From Seison nebaliae (lineage: Eukaryota), in assembly GCA_023231475.1 (NCBI GenBank), contig JALJEE010001258.1, positions 1 through 64,000 on the forward strand: DNA of 64,000 nt, given 5' to 3'. Position 1 is the first letter of the stretch. Each line of letters starts with the position of its first letter. The notes under the pieces were generated by a model. It was not told where the DNA came from and searched no databases. It saw only the letters and a program-made list of their open reading frames with translations. Shown here one piece after another: positions 44,422 through 58,000 of the stretch. The translations under genes were made by a program, and so were the position numbers.

Positions 44422-46432
44422 ATGGAAACGAAAACGGACGACGAACCAATTGGGACGACGTCGAATATCATCAACGAGAATAATTTGGGTAGAACAAACG
44501 ACAGTTTCGAGAACGAGGAAAATCATTCGATCGATGACGGAGATCATGTCATATTCAACGATAACAATAACAACAATAATGAGAGGGATGAAGAACGACA
44601 TAAGTTAATGAAAAAATATACGACGGTGGGTGTGATGGTATTGATAAACACGTTGAATTATATGGACCGATTTACGGTCGCTTCGGTTTTGGATAAAATT
44701 CAAAAATTTTACCAAATTTCAGATTCATCCGCTGGATTATTGCAAACGGTTTTCATCATCTCCTACATGTTACTCGCACCAGTTTTCGGATATTTGGGCG
44801 ATCGAGTCAATCGGAAGATTCTCATATTGGCTGGTATCACTTTCTGGTCATTGACCACTTTATTGGGATCGTTTGTACCGGCCGACAATTTCGGAGTTTT
44901 CGTTTTCTTACGAGCACTAGTGGGAACGGGAGAAGCGTCTTATTCGACGATGGCACCACCAATTATTGGTGATTTATTCAAAGGCAGACAACGATCGTTA
45001 ATGTTGTCAATTTTTTATTTGGCCACTCCACTCGGTAGTGGTTTGGGCTTCATTATCGGTTCGAATGTGGCTGATATTTTTGGTGATTGGCGATGGAGTT
45101 TACGAGTCACCCCAGCTATCGCCGTCATTTGTATCGTATTATTAGCGGTTTTAGTGGAAGATCCGAAAAGAGGTGACGCTGATGTCGGTGTCAATATGGT
45201 ATCTCATTCGACATTTAAAGAAGATTTGATGGATCTGTTGACAAATCGTTCGTATATCGGAACGACTTTCGGTTTTACATCTGTCGCGTTTGTAGTGGGC
45301 ACTTTGGTATGGTGGTCACCAAATATGATCAGTTACGGATTAAAAGCTCATTTAAAGAGTGGAGATCGAGTATCTTTATATTTCGGATTGATAACTATTT
45401 TGGGAGGAGTAATCGGTGTAGTGAGTGGTTCGAATATCGCTAATTGGTTGAAGGAACGAAGATGGCCTGAAGGAGATCCATTTGTATGTGCTTGTGGCAG
45501 TCTGTTATGTATCCCCTTCCTAATCATTGCCATTACTCAGACATTCAATATCAATTTCTTCATTTGGTTTTCCATCTTCCTTACCATCACTTTACTCTCT
45601 CTCAATTGGGCACTTGTCTCTGACATCACTCTCTATACCGTCGTCCCGACGAAGAGATCGACGGCGAATGCACTCCAAATTCTCACCTCACATTTATTGG
45701 GTGATGCCGGCTCTCCTTACTTCATCGGCTTAGTTCAACTTAAAATTTAAATTATTATTTTAATTATTATTATTATTTTAAAATTTAGATATCTGATTCC
45801 ATCCGTCATCGACATGAAGACTCATATTTCTATCATTGGTATTCGTTGTCTTTAGCACATTACATCTGCTTCTTCGTGTGCATTATAGGTGGAGCATCAT
45901 TCTTGTTCACGGCACTCAATGTGGAAGGAGATCGAAAACGCGCTACCGCACTTATGCAAGGTTCAAATTTCCATTAATTATCTTCCTTCCTCACCATCAT
46001 TCTCCAATTATTCACCATCATATCTTCTCCTCGTATGTGCGTGTGTAGAGGAGTCTCATCGTAGTCAAATTAACGAATTTGAGACTTATGAATCGGATGC
46101 TGTAAAAAAGCTGCGTAGTCTTTCTCAGGTATAGAATATAAACAAAACTTTTTTAATAAACAAATTTTTTCTTTTCATTTCAAATAACAAATTAACCAAC
46201 TCTAACCCCAAATAGAATTAATCGACTAATTTAAATGTATAATTTAAAAGAATTTATTTAAAAAATTTATTATTTTTAAATTAATTTTTTCCGTTTTCAA
46301 AAAGCATGTGCTGGAGAAAATACGATAAGGAATCCGACGTTCAACAAAGAGAATAATTTGGGAAAAATCAATTCGAACGACGATGACAATGAAGGAGATG
46401 AAGATGATATCGATATCTCAACGAACGCGTAG
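44422..46432 (+). CDS. spin: Spinster (SPNS1-like) MFS lysosomal transporter with two candidate terminal exons
   Basis: INTLNYMDRFTVASVL, GLLQTVFIISYMLLAPVFGYLGDR, RALVGTGEASYSTMAP, WRWSLRVTP, SHLLGDAGSPYFIGLISD. Exons 44422-45732, 45789-45960, then 46049-46134 (522 aa) or 46305-46432 (536 aa). Confidence 0.93.
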
Positions 46433-47302
46433 AGAATTAAACTTTATTTCTGTTTCATTTCTCGAAAATCCAAGTCGTTATTCCGATGATTGATATGATA
46501 TCGAACATTCCTTCTATTTATTACCATAATCTATTCAGCAGTTTCCCTTCTGTTTGACAGATGAAAAAGAGAATTCTGCCAATTCTATTTATTTTATTTT
46601 ATTTTATTTCTCCTCATTCATCGTCTCATTTGAACGAATGAATGGATTTATTCACTTTTTTTTATTGAAATGAAAAAGAAAATTTTTTTGTATAAAATAA
46701 AAACTCGATTGAACATTATTTCATCAGCGACTAGTGAGACAGTGTAACTAGACAAGTGACACACATTAAGAGAGACCACATGATCAGCCTCTCAACCATG
46801 GAAACGTTGCATAAAATTCAAGAACGTTCTATTCATTCAAAAATTCATTAGTTGAAAAAGATATTGGGGAAGAATAAAATAGAGAGAGAGAGAAATGAAA
46901 TGTGTCTGCCCTTAAAACTCAATTTATTTTACATGTCCATAATCGGATTGATACGAATGTCAAATTGATTAATTTCTCTCAAGTTTCTTTCTGAAAAAGA
47001 AACGAACATTTTTTACATGAACTTTCTTCGTCCGTGTGAAATTTTAAAATTTGTTTTCAATCATCCTCAAACAGACGTAGTTGTGAGTATGGAAATTGAT
47101 CAACATAAAGTAGCTCATAGTAATCAAATGAAAGTTTCCTTTCCACTAGACACTGGAGTGGGGAGAGGGGGGAGGTAGAGATACATATGGTTATTTTTGG
47201 AATACATATTTTCTCGAGAAGACCAGATGTATTCGTTTTGAATGGAAAGTTGCGTTACGTTTGGAAGGAAGAAATGTTTAATTCTAAATAATAATGTTCA
47301 AT

Positions 47303-47336
<34 letters not shown>

Positions 47337-48216
47337 GAAAAACAATATGATATTTCTGATGATACTAAATAACATGAATAATTCTTCTACCCTCAACAAC
47401 CTCCCAATCAGAGGAGAGAGGAGAAGAAATTTATTTATATATTTAATCAGTAAATTTTCATAATTAAACAAAATAGAATTGAAGGACTTTCATTGTCTAA
47501 TAGTTCATCATGCTCATTATCATCGTGTCTTATGGTATTGGAGGGGAAAAAACCTCCGTTTAATCGAGACGAATAGAACTATTAGAGAATTGAGTAGAGA
47601 ATTGAGGTTTCCACATTCATCCACTTCCTCTCCTCAATTCTTCCGATATTTCCAAATGTCTCTCAACAATTTCTCCTTTTGAAATTCTTTCAAAATTTCA
47701 AATTCCAATTTATGTACTACCCTTATGTTTTACTAGTTTTATTCCAATTTTCTTTTTAAAAACTAGTTCATCGTTTGGTCATGTGTGTTGTGTGTCGTTT
47801 CAGCCGTCATGAATTCTCACGACGAAATCGATAATTTGTATAATTCTATTTGTTCCTTTACGTTTCCTTCTCACATGAATAACCTCGTCAAATGTTCTTC
47901 TACAAAATTCTACAACAACAATAATAATAACAATAATAATAACAATAATAATAATAATAATAACGTTTTATCAATTAAATTTGAATTAAATATTTTTCAT
48001 TCCAATTGAATGATACCCAATGGACAAATGAATTGATCCGATTCCATTCTAAATTGTTGACTTGTCAAATTGAATAAATCTTGTTTAGCCTAATAATATA
48101 TTTAATTATTTCCGGTTTGTTTCCGTTCGTTCAGATCTGTCTGAAAAAGAGTGATCATTTGAATTGCATGAGCAGAAATCAGAGAACGTTCGTCATTAAA
48201 TTCTCTTTGGATTTGG

Positions 48217-51200
48217 ATGTCATACACTTCGAACGACAATGGCTTCCTCCACATCGGAGACATCATCACTCTCTATGGTAATGCTGACCATTCTGGTTAC
48301 ATTTATACGATGGGGTTTCTTTCTCTTTCGTTTGTTTTCTCCTCAAATTTATTTTCATAGTATTATTGATGATCGAATGTTCATCAGGAAGAATGATGAT
48401 GTGGGAAATGAAGAGGATTTGTCCTCCGATCGTTTCAGAGGTTTCCATCCAAATTTCCATTTAATTCAAATTTCGTCATGAAATGAATCATTTACAGATT
48501 GTTTATTCCGCATTTGTAATTGTTACAAGTATAATGCACAAAAGCAATATTGGCATGCATTGCAACAACGGAAGGAAGCATGTCAATATCGACCTCATTT
48601 AGAAATGCCGATGGACGACTGGTCGCATCGTACGCACAAATACACCGATCGATTCATTCGGAAATTGAAGGTTTGTTACACCATTTTATGATTGTGGAGA
48701 ATTGTCCAATTAACATATCATTCTCGTATTTGAGAGCGAGTACGAAAAATAAATTATTAAAAAAAACGAGTTTGTCTCGTTGAAATTGAAAATAGAAGAA
48801 AAAAAATAATGAAAAAGATTTTTGAAATTTGAGGGAAATAATTTCAAATCCAAATGGATTTCGATGAAAATTTTCGCTTTTTTCCCATTTTTTCACTTCG
48901 ATTTTACGACGACTATAAATTGAGCGTTGTATTAGGCTTTCTTTGCATTTCATTAATCCATTCATTTTATTCGACATTCATTAGTTCCGTTATTCCATTT
49001 CATTCATCATGTCCCTCAATTTCAATGTGATCGAATCTACTCCGGACTATATGAACAATGAATCGTCTTCTTCTACTTTTACCGCCACACCCAACCAATT
49101 GTCGATGTCTCCTATTTTTGACGTGAACGATGAATTTCGTTGTCTTACTCGTAGCTCGAACAAATGTGGTACTTCTATTCAATCTAGTCTCACGACTAAT
49201 GGTAAAATTCATTTGAATTCCAATTCGAATATTCTCAAAAGTGGTTATGTCGAACAACAGAATAACAATCATTCCGTTTTCAATTTCGATATGTCAATTA
49301 CCAACTCCAAGTCATCGATTGAAAGTAAGATTTCTGATCTCTATCTGACATCATTGACGGATAAGTCGGATTTAAGTAACGACTCTCACACCACGAAAAA
49401 CCATCACATCATTGGAGCGTATGATCAATCGCCCGATAGCGAACCAGAATTTAAATTAGCCGATTTAAATGACGACACTTCATTAATTGAAGTATGCAGT
49501 CAGAATAAATTCCCAGTTCGTTTTGAACTTCTCACGACCTTCTAATTCTTCTCCGTCTTCTAGGGATGTTTAGAGAGCGACCAACCTTTCCGACTCGCAC
49601 ACCGACAGACACAAATGTCCTGCGAAAGTTTTACCGTTTGTTCTCCCCCGGCTAACCAGGTAACCATCGAATCCACCAACCAAATGAACCGGGTTGGTGA
49701 TGAAGTGAGTTTGAAGGAATTTGAAACGAATCATTCCTTCAACTCCGTCACCGAGTTCTATGGTTCGCCGCAGACTTGTGTTCTACCCTCATCATTTCCA
49801 TCGTCGTCCGGTGATAGTGAATTCATTAAAGATAAGAACTTATCCAATTCTAAAGAGTGTCAGGCCATTCTCTCATTGAAAAGGGACATGGATCAACTCT
49901 CCGATTCATCCGACAACGAATCGATTTCAGGGAAAACTGGCGCCGTTTACGTACTCGAAGTTTGTGGTACTCTCCCCGTCCTTTGCGATTTATTACGAGA
50001 TCGTCGAATCCATTTTACTGCGGATAGATGTCATGATAATGTGAGACGAGTCATCGCTACTCCTCAATTCAAGACGATATCGACACAGACATCAGATTGA
50101 TATGATTCTCGATCATTATTGAACGAAATTGATGAATGAAATTAAATAATAATAATAATAATAATTAAATTTAAATAATTCGATTTTTAATGAATTTTTC
50201 CATTTTTATTAAATTTTTCGATGGATTCGATTCGAACATTTTCTTTTTCTATTTAATTTCTTTTTTACCTAAGAAATATTAAATGATATTAGTTCGTATA
50301 ATTGTAGATGAGAAATTTAATAATTTTGTGCTCGAAGAAATTTCAATGAAATTTCCAATGTTTCCCGGATGAATATTAATAAGAGGATTATCTCCTCTTT
50401 CCACGAGTGCTTCCTCATCAACACCGATTACATGAAACACCATCTCTTAAGAACACCATCGGAAGATGGTAGTAAGAAGGAATTCGAATAAAATTAATCA
50501 ATAAAAATACATTAGCATCAGCCCTCGAACACTATTACATGTGACATAATTTCCCGTCGAATTATTTATGTTTTATGTCACTTATTTTTAGAAGGAGGGA
50601 GAGCACGCTTCCTGGGAGAATTCGTAGTCGGAAAAGTATGTTATAGAATTATAATTCTTTCGTGTCATTAATCGGAGTGTAAGAAGAAATATGTTCGAAC
50701 TGTGAACTTGTTTTCAATTACAACAAATAAAAATCAATATTCGACTTTCCTCCCCTCATTCCCACCACTTCTCAACGACTCTGCACAATTTTCCCGCTCA
50801 ACATTTCTCTGTAGTTATCCTCAGCTGAATTGATGACAACTTCACACCAATCAACTCTACTTCAAACTTCATTTCCTTCCTTCATATAAATACCTGAACA
50901 TCTCCCACTTTCTCCTCCACATTCCCCCTTAATTTTCCATTCGTTCACAACTCGTTACCGTCTGTGATGGTTCGAATGATCTGTTGGGGGAAATCATTTC
51001 GAATTTTCCAGAATTTTTTTTTGAAAAATTCATAAATAATGTTGGAGAAAATGAAATTTTTGATTGATGAATATCAAAATTATTGACTGATTGTGGTAGA
51101 TCGATGGTGATGATAATGATATTAATTAGGATTATAAATATTTCATGATTTATCTCACATCAGTGTCGTGAGAATGAAGATGTTGAAGAGAAGTTGTTTT

Positions 51201-54200
51201 CTCCAATCGCTGTTAGTTTTATTAAGATTAAGAATGGATTGTGAGAACGATCGTTTTAAAATCGATTTTCTTCCTTTCTCTCAATCGAATATTCATCGAA
51301 TTGAGAAAGTTTTTTTTTCTTTCCGAAGTATCAATTGGATGTACGAGAAGTGTAAGCAAGAGTAAAATTGAAGGTTATAAGCCGGAATTTATCGAATTTT
51401 CTATGGTGGCTCATTGGGAGAAGTTTTATAATATTCCTGGGAATATTTCTTATAATAGACATTGTCCCCCCAATATGTGTTGGGGGAATGGAGGGCGGGA
51501 GGTAGAGCAAAGAGTTATTTTGTTAATGATAATGATGTTGTTTAATTTACTTTTTTTAATATTCAACTTATCTCGTCGCAATAGGAACGATGCATTTCTT
51601 CTTCTTCTTTTTCTTCTTCTTCTTGTTCCCTTTTCTTCAACAAATGAATTTTTCTTCCATTTACACTTTATTCCATACCCGACATGGAGACCGATGTAGA
51701 ACGTTACTCAACTCGCTACATTGGACGCAAATATTTCATTTGTCACCTTATTCTCCAATATCACTCTCACAACAATTCTGAAAAAGAAAGATCGACATCC
51801 ATTGTACGATTATCGTATTTGTTCGGCTTCTGTTGGATGATGAGCAAATATCCTATTTTATTTGTTTCCTTCGAAATATCATTATCGGATCGACGGAAAT
51901 GAGATATAATCATATCATTCCTGGGAACATCCTTCTAACATCCTCTCCCCTAACTAAACTTTTCTGTTAATTGGAACGATTTCATATCGATCCATTTCGT
52001 CACCAACATCATTCGACGGCCATTTCCATGATTATTCAGGAATCATAAAAAATATTTCAATTTTTTTATTTTCGTTCAGTTTCCTAAAATTATGATTGAT
52101 AATTTATGAATTTTCAAATTCCATTTAAATTTAGTTTAACCGGTTGTTTTGATGAGAATTTATGAATTTAAAATTTATGATAAAAAAATGGCTGGAAGAA
52201 GAAATTTCGAGGGATTAACACGGAGATTACTATGATGACATCCATTCTTCTATTCTGGAGATATCTCAGAATTTTCATGTACTTTTCAAAGTTGATCGTC
52301 GTGTGAAACGAAGCCCGAAATGGACAGTTTTGGCTAATAAGGAAATATTAGGGTTGTTGTTGTTGTTGTCGTTGTTGGATTGTTGGTTAGTTTGAAATTT
52401 GGTTGCTCGACAGAAATTGAATAGAGGAGGGGACGGAGAGAGGAAAGAATAATGTTAAGATTAATGTTGTAAGGACCATGAGATTTGTCATCATCCCAAT
52501 TGTCATCTCATTCATATTAATAAATGGAACGACAAGTTTCGTTATAAGATTATGTTTCAGTGTCACCATATTAACTCATGACATTAACTCGTTATTGGAT
52601 GTTGTATCTCTCTTGTCATAATCAATGGAAGAGAGGAATGGTATGGACGAATTGTAATTTAGATCAGTCCTTCCTTCTCCCTCAATTATAGATCACTTCA
52701 GGCTATATGCACTGAATCTTTAACAAAGCAAAAGGGAAACGAGAAAGATGATGATGATGATGATGATGATGATGATACGATGACTACCACTACTAGTCAT
52801 GTTAGTTGGCATTCGAATAGTCAATCATTTGCCTTTTCTCAAATGTCGTTTCCTTCCTTTCCTCGCCTTCCTCCCCAATAGTCGATACTTTATTATAAAA
52901 TATTAGACTGTCGTAGAATCGAGTGAAAAGTCGTAGAATAAGATGTAAAGTCGATATTGTCTCTTCGTCCTTCGTCTCTTAATTGCTTCTGTCTCCCGCA
53001 TAGTTTTCCTTTGGTGCGATTTTTACCTTCTTATTTTTCTTCCTTTAATTCTCATCATCCATTCATCACTGCATTATGTCAACACGTTTGCTTCATCTGC
53101 TACAACAATATTTTCCTGCATGATTAATTACTTATAGCTTATTACACAGATGTATCCGTGTAGACATGTGTGAGATTGTGTGTGGTGGTGTGCGCGCGCG
53201 TGTGTGTGCATGAGTGCGAATTGGTGTGTCGAGGGGAATATGTTGGTACGAGTGTATCCGTTTATGTTCACTTTATTTCTTCTTTATTATTCCCATATTA
53301 TTCCAAAAGATATTGATAGGAAATATTAACAATTCATTTTTATTCCATCTATTCATCACCATCTTGTGCCGGGCAACTAATGTTGTGCACATTATATTAG
53401 ATTCTCAGATTCTCTCAAATATTCAATTCATCTTCTTCTCTCCAATTAATATCCGAATGAATCCTCTTCCCATTCTCTTCTTTCTGCTCCCACTCCAACA
53501 CTCTCCCCCAACATATTCAATGAATTTATTAGAATTTCAATTTTATCCTTCTTTCCAAAAAGAAAAAACGATGTCAAACCGTATTCGAATCAGATGAACA
53601 TGTATCACACTCCAATTCTGTTCTCGTTCTCCACCTTCCAATTATTCCTATTAACATGCCGATGTATCAAATCATTATTACGATGATTTCCCATTCAATT
53701 TGAGTCATGTAATCGGAATTCGCTCCCAACGAAAACTTTCACACTTCTCTTCCATTCCTCCTCCCATTCATTCTCCTTTCCATGTCCATCGATGGAGAAA
53801 AAGAAACTTCATTTCTACAATTCACCTTATGAAGATTCCGTTTGTTCATTTGCTCCCAAATAATCTCGACAATCAAATTGAAATGCTTCTCCAATTATTT
53901 TATTATCGGGGAATGAGAGGCAAATGTCAAAGAGACCGAACTCGTCAATCTGGTGTGGGAAACCAGGAGGAAATATGTTTTCGCATTTTCTTTAAATTCT
54001 CGTTCGTTCTTTCCACTAATCCCTCTCAAATGACCCAAATACTCTTCCCCTCATGTTCCTACTACGAACGATAATTGCACTTCCTTCCCTCGTTCGTTAA
54101 TCTGATAGTCAGGCCGGTTGACGGCTGACGGGGAGGGGAGACGTCGAGCTGAATAACAAAGAGTACACAGAATATGCGAGGACATCGTGATAAGGAGGAA

Positions 54201-55034
54201 ATTCCAATGGAAACGATTGATAAGTGAGAGAAGAATGTTTACAATATTAGTTGACGTCAGAATTTTTGTATTTTTCTTCTTATTGTTGCCCGCCCGAACG
54301 GCGAGAAAGAGAGAACAGAAGAAGGTGATAAATACAATGTTTATATTGTTGTTAATAATCATCATTATGATGATCGATGTTATATCAATGATTTTCAAAT
54401 TTATTGTTGACTAATAAGAAGTGACATCTATTGTTCATATCAATTCTTCTTCTTTCTTTCCATCATATTCCATCATTCATTTCATTGTTTTCAGTCGTTG
54501 GATGATTGTTGAGCGAATGTGCACAATCAGTGCACAAAAATTCCTGCTACCATATATTATGGAATATCTTCTGCCGATAATTCTCATAATGATAATCATG
54601 ATGGTGATGATGATGAGAGTGTTATTGGGGGAGAGCAAGAAAGGAAGAGAAAGAGCAAAAAATGAACCATCTTATTTGAAGAGAATTTCGAATCTTTTCT
54701 TAATCGTCATTTGATCTACGTTCTCATCATTAAGTCATTTCTCCTTTCTTCCCGTCAACACTCGATAGTTTGTGCATATTGTGAAGTGTCTTCCCACCCT
54801 AATATTCTTTCGCTTCATTCTAACTGCCAATTTTCATTCATCAATTCCATTGCCATAAAGACGATGACTATATTGATAATTATCATTAAATTTTATATGT
54901 GTTGACAAAAAATAAATTCTTTACCGTCACATATCATCTCCAAACAGGAATTGATGTTTGACTACGTATACTATCGATTATATATCGATACGTTTCCACT
55001 CGAACTGATCGGACTGATATCGAACAGTTCACAA

Positions 55035-55065
<31 letters not shown>

Positions 55066-58000
55066 TTAATAAGTTTAACAAATTATTCTTGTTCACCAGC
55101 ACTTTTCTTGGAAAGAATTTAAGAAGAAGAAATTCCATAAGTGTTATGTTATAGGGAGAACAGGATTTCTACTAAATAAGCAAGGAGAATCGTTCATTTT
55201 CTTGCCCAGTCGTTGCCAGTTTTAGCTGTGGAGAGGAGAAGTAATTGATGTCAAATAAAGTTTATTGAATTCAAGTTAGTTGTAATGAGACAGAATTTCC
55301 ACTGTTATTTCTCTCCAGCCAATAATCTAATTTGGCATTGATACTGAAAATGTTGTATAAGTCGCTGGTAATTAGGAGGGAGCACGAATTGGTCGTCGTG
55401 TGAGTGAGGAGAAATGTCAGAGATGGAAGTGAAGGAATAATGTTATTAATGGAAAGATTAAGTTTGATAACGATCATCAAACTATCATCTTATTATACGG
55501 CATATTAGTGATAACAATAATATTATTATTAGTCTGAATGGAATGTCGGTGGTGGTTGTTCGTTATTTTTGTTATGATGTCTGACTCAATGGGGAATGGT
55601 TTGAAGGAAATCGGGAAAATAATTATTTGGAATATTTTTAAATGATAATCATCGATTAATTTCATGTTAGTCGTCGCGAGTCAATTGATAGAGTTGTGCG
55701 AGTCGTTCATATATTTTCTTATTATTCATCCTAACATTCTCTCCCCCCTTATGTTACTTGCTATTTTTGGTTGATTTGCAATTGCCTGCTCTCGTACAAT
55801 TGCGCTAATTCGGCATTATAATTGCATAAACATATTCATCATAAATATCTTATAATAAAGCAGATTTCCTAATAAATACACTAACAAGAAGAAGAAGAAT
55901 AACAACAACAACAACTGTTGGAGTATAGGACCAATCGGAGTTTTGTGTACATGAAGAAGAGGAGGAAGAGGAAAAAGATGAGGAATATTTTAATACGTAT
56001 AAAGAATAAGGGGACAATACTGGGGGGTCGCAGTAACCGACAAACAAGAACGACAAAGAGGGGAAAAGAAGACAAGAAGGAAAAATCCAAAAGATTCATG
56101 AGAGAACAGTTGAGTTGTCGGAGTGGGCAGGATGGTGGGTATTGTAAGGGGGAAGGATATCACCAAATTAGTTAAATGAGAAATTAGACTCAACTCCATT
56201 AATCTCATTAATTAGTTGAGAAAGTGCAACAGTGAAAATTATAGATCAATAAGTACGAACATTATAGTCATCTTCATAATCGATAACATCCGAACAGGAA
56301 TGATTAATGAAAGATTCTCGTCCGAAATGACGAAAAGTAGCTGATAAATGGAAGAAAAAGAAGAATTACTGAGAACATACTTAATCTTTCCATTTCGGCA
56401 TTGGCCTGGAAGTAATTGTGTAATTTTATCTAATATCATCGATCTAGACAGAAGGAAACGATATGGAAGCTAATTATCATCCCTGCCATTATAGAGTGCG
56501 AACGGTCTTCTATTTTCAGTAGTCCGAAAGATAAGTTGTGGAAGATAAAGGTTAGAGAAAGGAGATTGTGCAACTTCCACTACGCTCGACGGTTGGCCGC
56601 TCATAATCTTAACTCGATAAAGATCGATCCTTCAACCTCCTCCAATCCTACGTCGTCCACTGATGTGATTTGTTCGCTTCTTCTTTCCTTTTTGTACTTT
56701 AACAACTACGAGATTAACTTTCAATGTTCCATGAATGTGCAATTATGTGTGTGCGTGCGTGTGTGTATGTGTATATGTATATTCGGATGTTCATTTGAAT
56801 GATTTCATTGGAATCATTGAGACATTGAGGTGAGTGTATACGCGATTTTATCATTCTACACACAAGATAAACATTCGGGTGGATGTTGGTGGCGATGTAT
56901 GTGGAACATTATCTGATGAAGAATATGTAAATATTATCAGGAAATTATTCGCTGTAATCATGCTCCCCCTCCAACAAAAAAAATAATAACGAACAATCAC
57001 CTCATTAACGTTCGGAATAAAATTCCTATAAAAATCAATCATCTTTCTCCTTTTCTTTCTAATGCAACTTACAACAATGTAGCAATAATTTCGGTATATC
57101 ATCCATCCCCCCTTCCTCACCAACCTCCCCAACAAACACATAAATTATATTCGTGCTGATATTCAACACCCATTTAGGTTAAGTTAGAAATTCTCCATCA
57201 TCATCATCATCATTATCATCGCCCAGAGGGATAGACCTTCAATATAATTCATACTAGAATTATATCTATCTATCTCCGATTGGTGTTAATATAATCATGA
57301 TTATGATGATGATGATGATGATGATAATAATAATGATGATAATGATGATCTTCATTGACAATGATAACGTTTAGAGACGCAAGACCATCACATGAAAATT
57401 CGACAGTGACTTATTTACTTTTATTTACTTATCATCTCATAAATTATTTTAAACTTTCCATCATTCGTCAACCTTCTGATTCGTTTGCCCATGAGCACTA
57501 CACTGATGTTTATCGCTTGCTCTTACACTCATCGAATTTCTGATGAAGGAGAATTGGCGGTTATCCACCAGTGATGGTGGTCATGATAGTGCAAAAATTA
57601 AAGTTCAATAAATCATTCAAAAAGAAGATTTTGATTCTTATTAGGCGATATGTCAAATGTTATGGTATGGTGACAGTGTATTATACGAATTGTTTACAAT
57701 TGTCATGTTTGACTAATTCCTTCAATTTCTCATCGTCTAATCCTTCATTTCCATTTCTATGTTATGCTCGATAAGAAAGTTGTAAGAAATTTTTAATTTG
57801 TTTGTCAACTTTCCTCATCTCGAACATCGGTCGGGAGTGATGAGTTCCTATTTATTTCTCTTATCTGCTCCTACGACTTGGTCGATGGGGTGAAGGGGGC
57901 AGTCGGTGGAGGGGGCATTGGGAGTGGAACACTAGGGAATAATTAACAGTGAAAATGATTTGCTTTCTCTTCTGTCAAGAAGGAATGATTGAGAGGAATT

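Noticed and set aside
48239..48783. ORF-track peptides 48239-48481 and 48550-48783 as small genes
   Set aside because: They are mostly alternative frames or intron read-through of IP3R exons 1-3.
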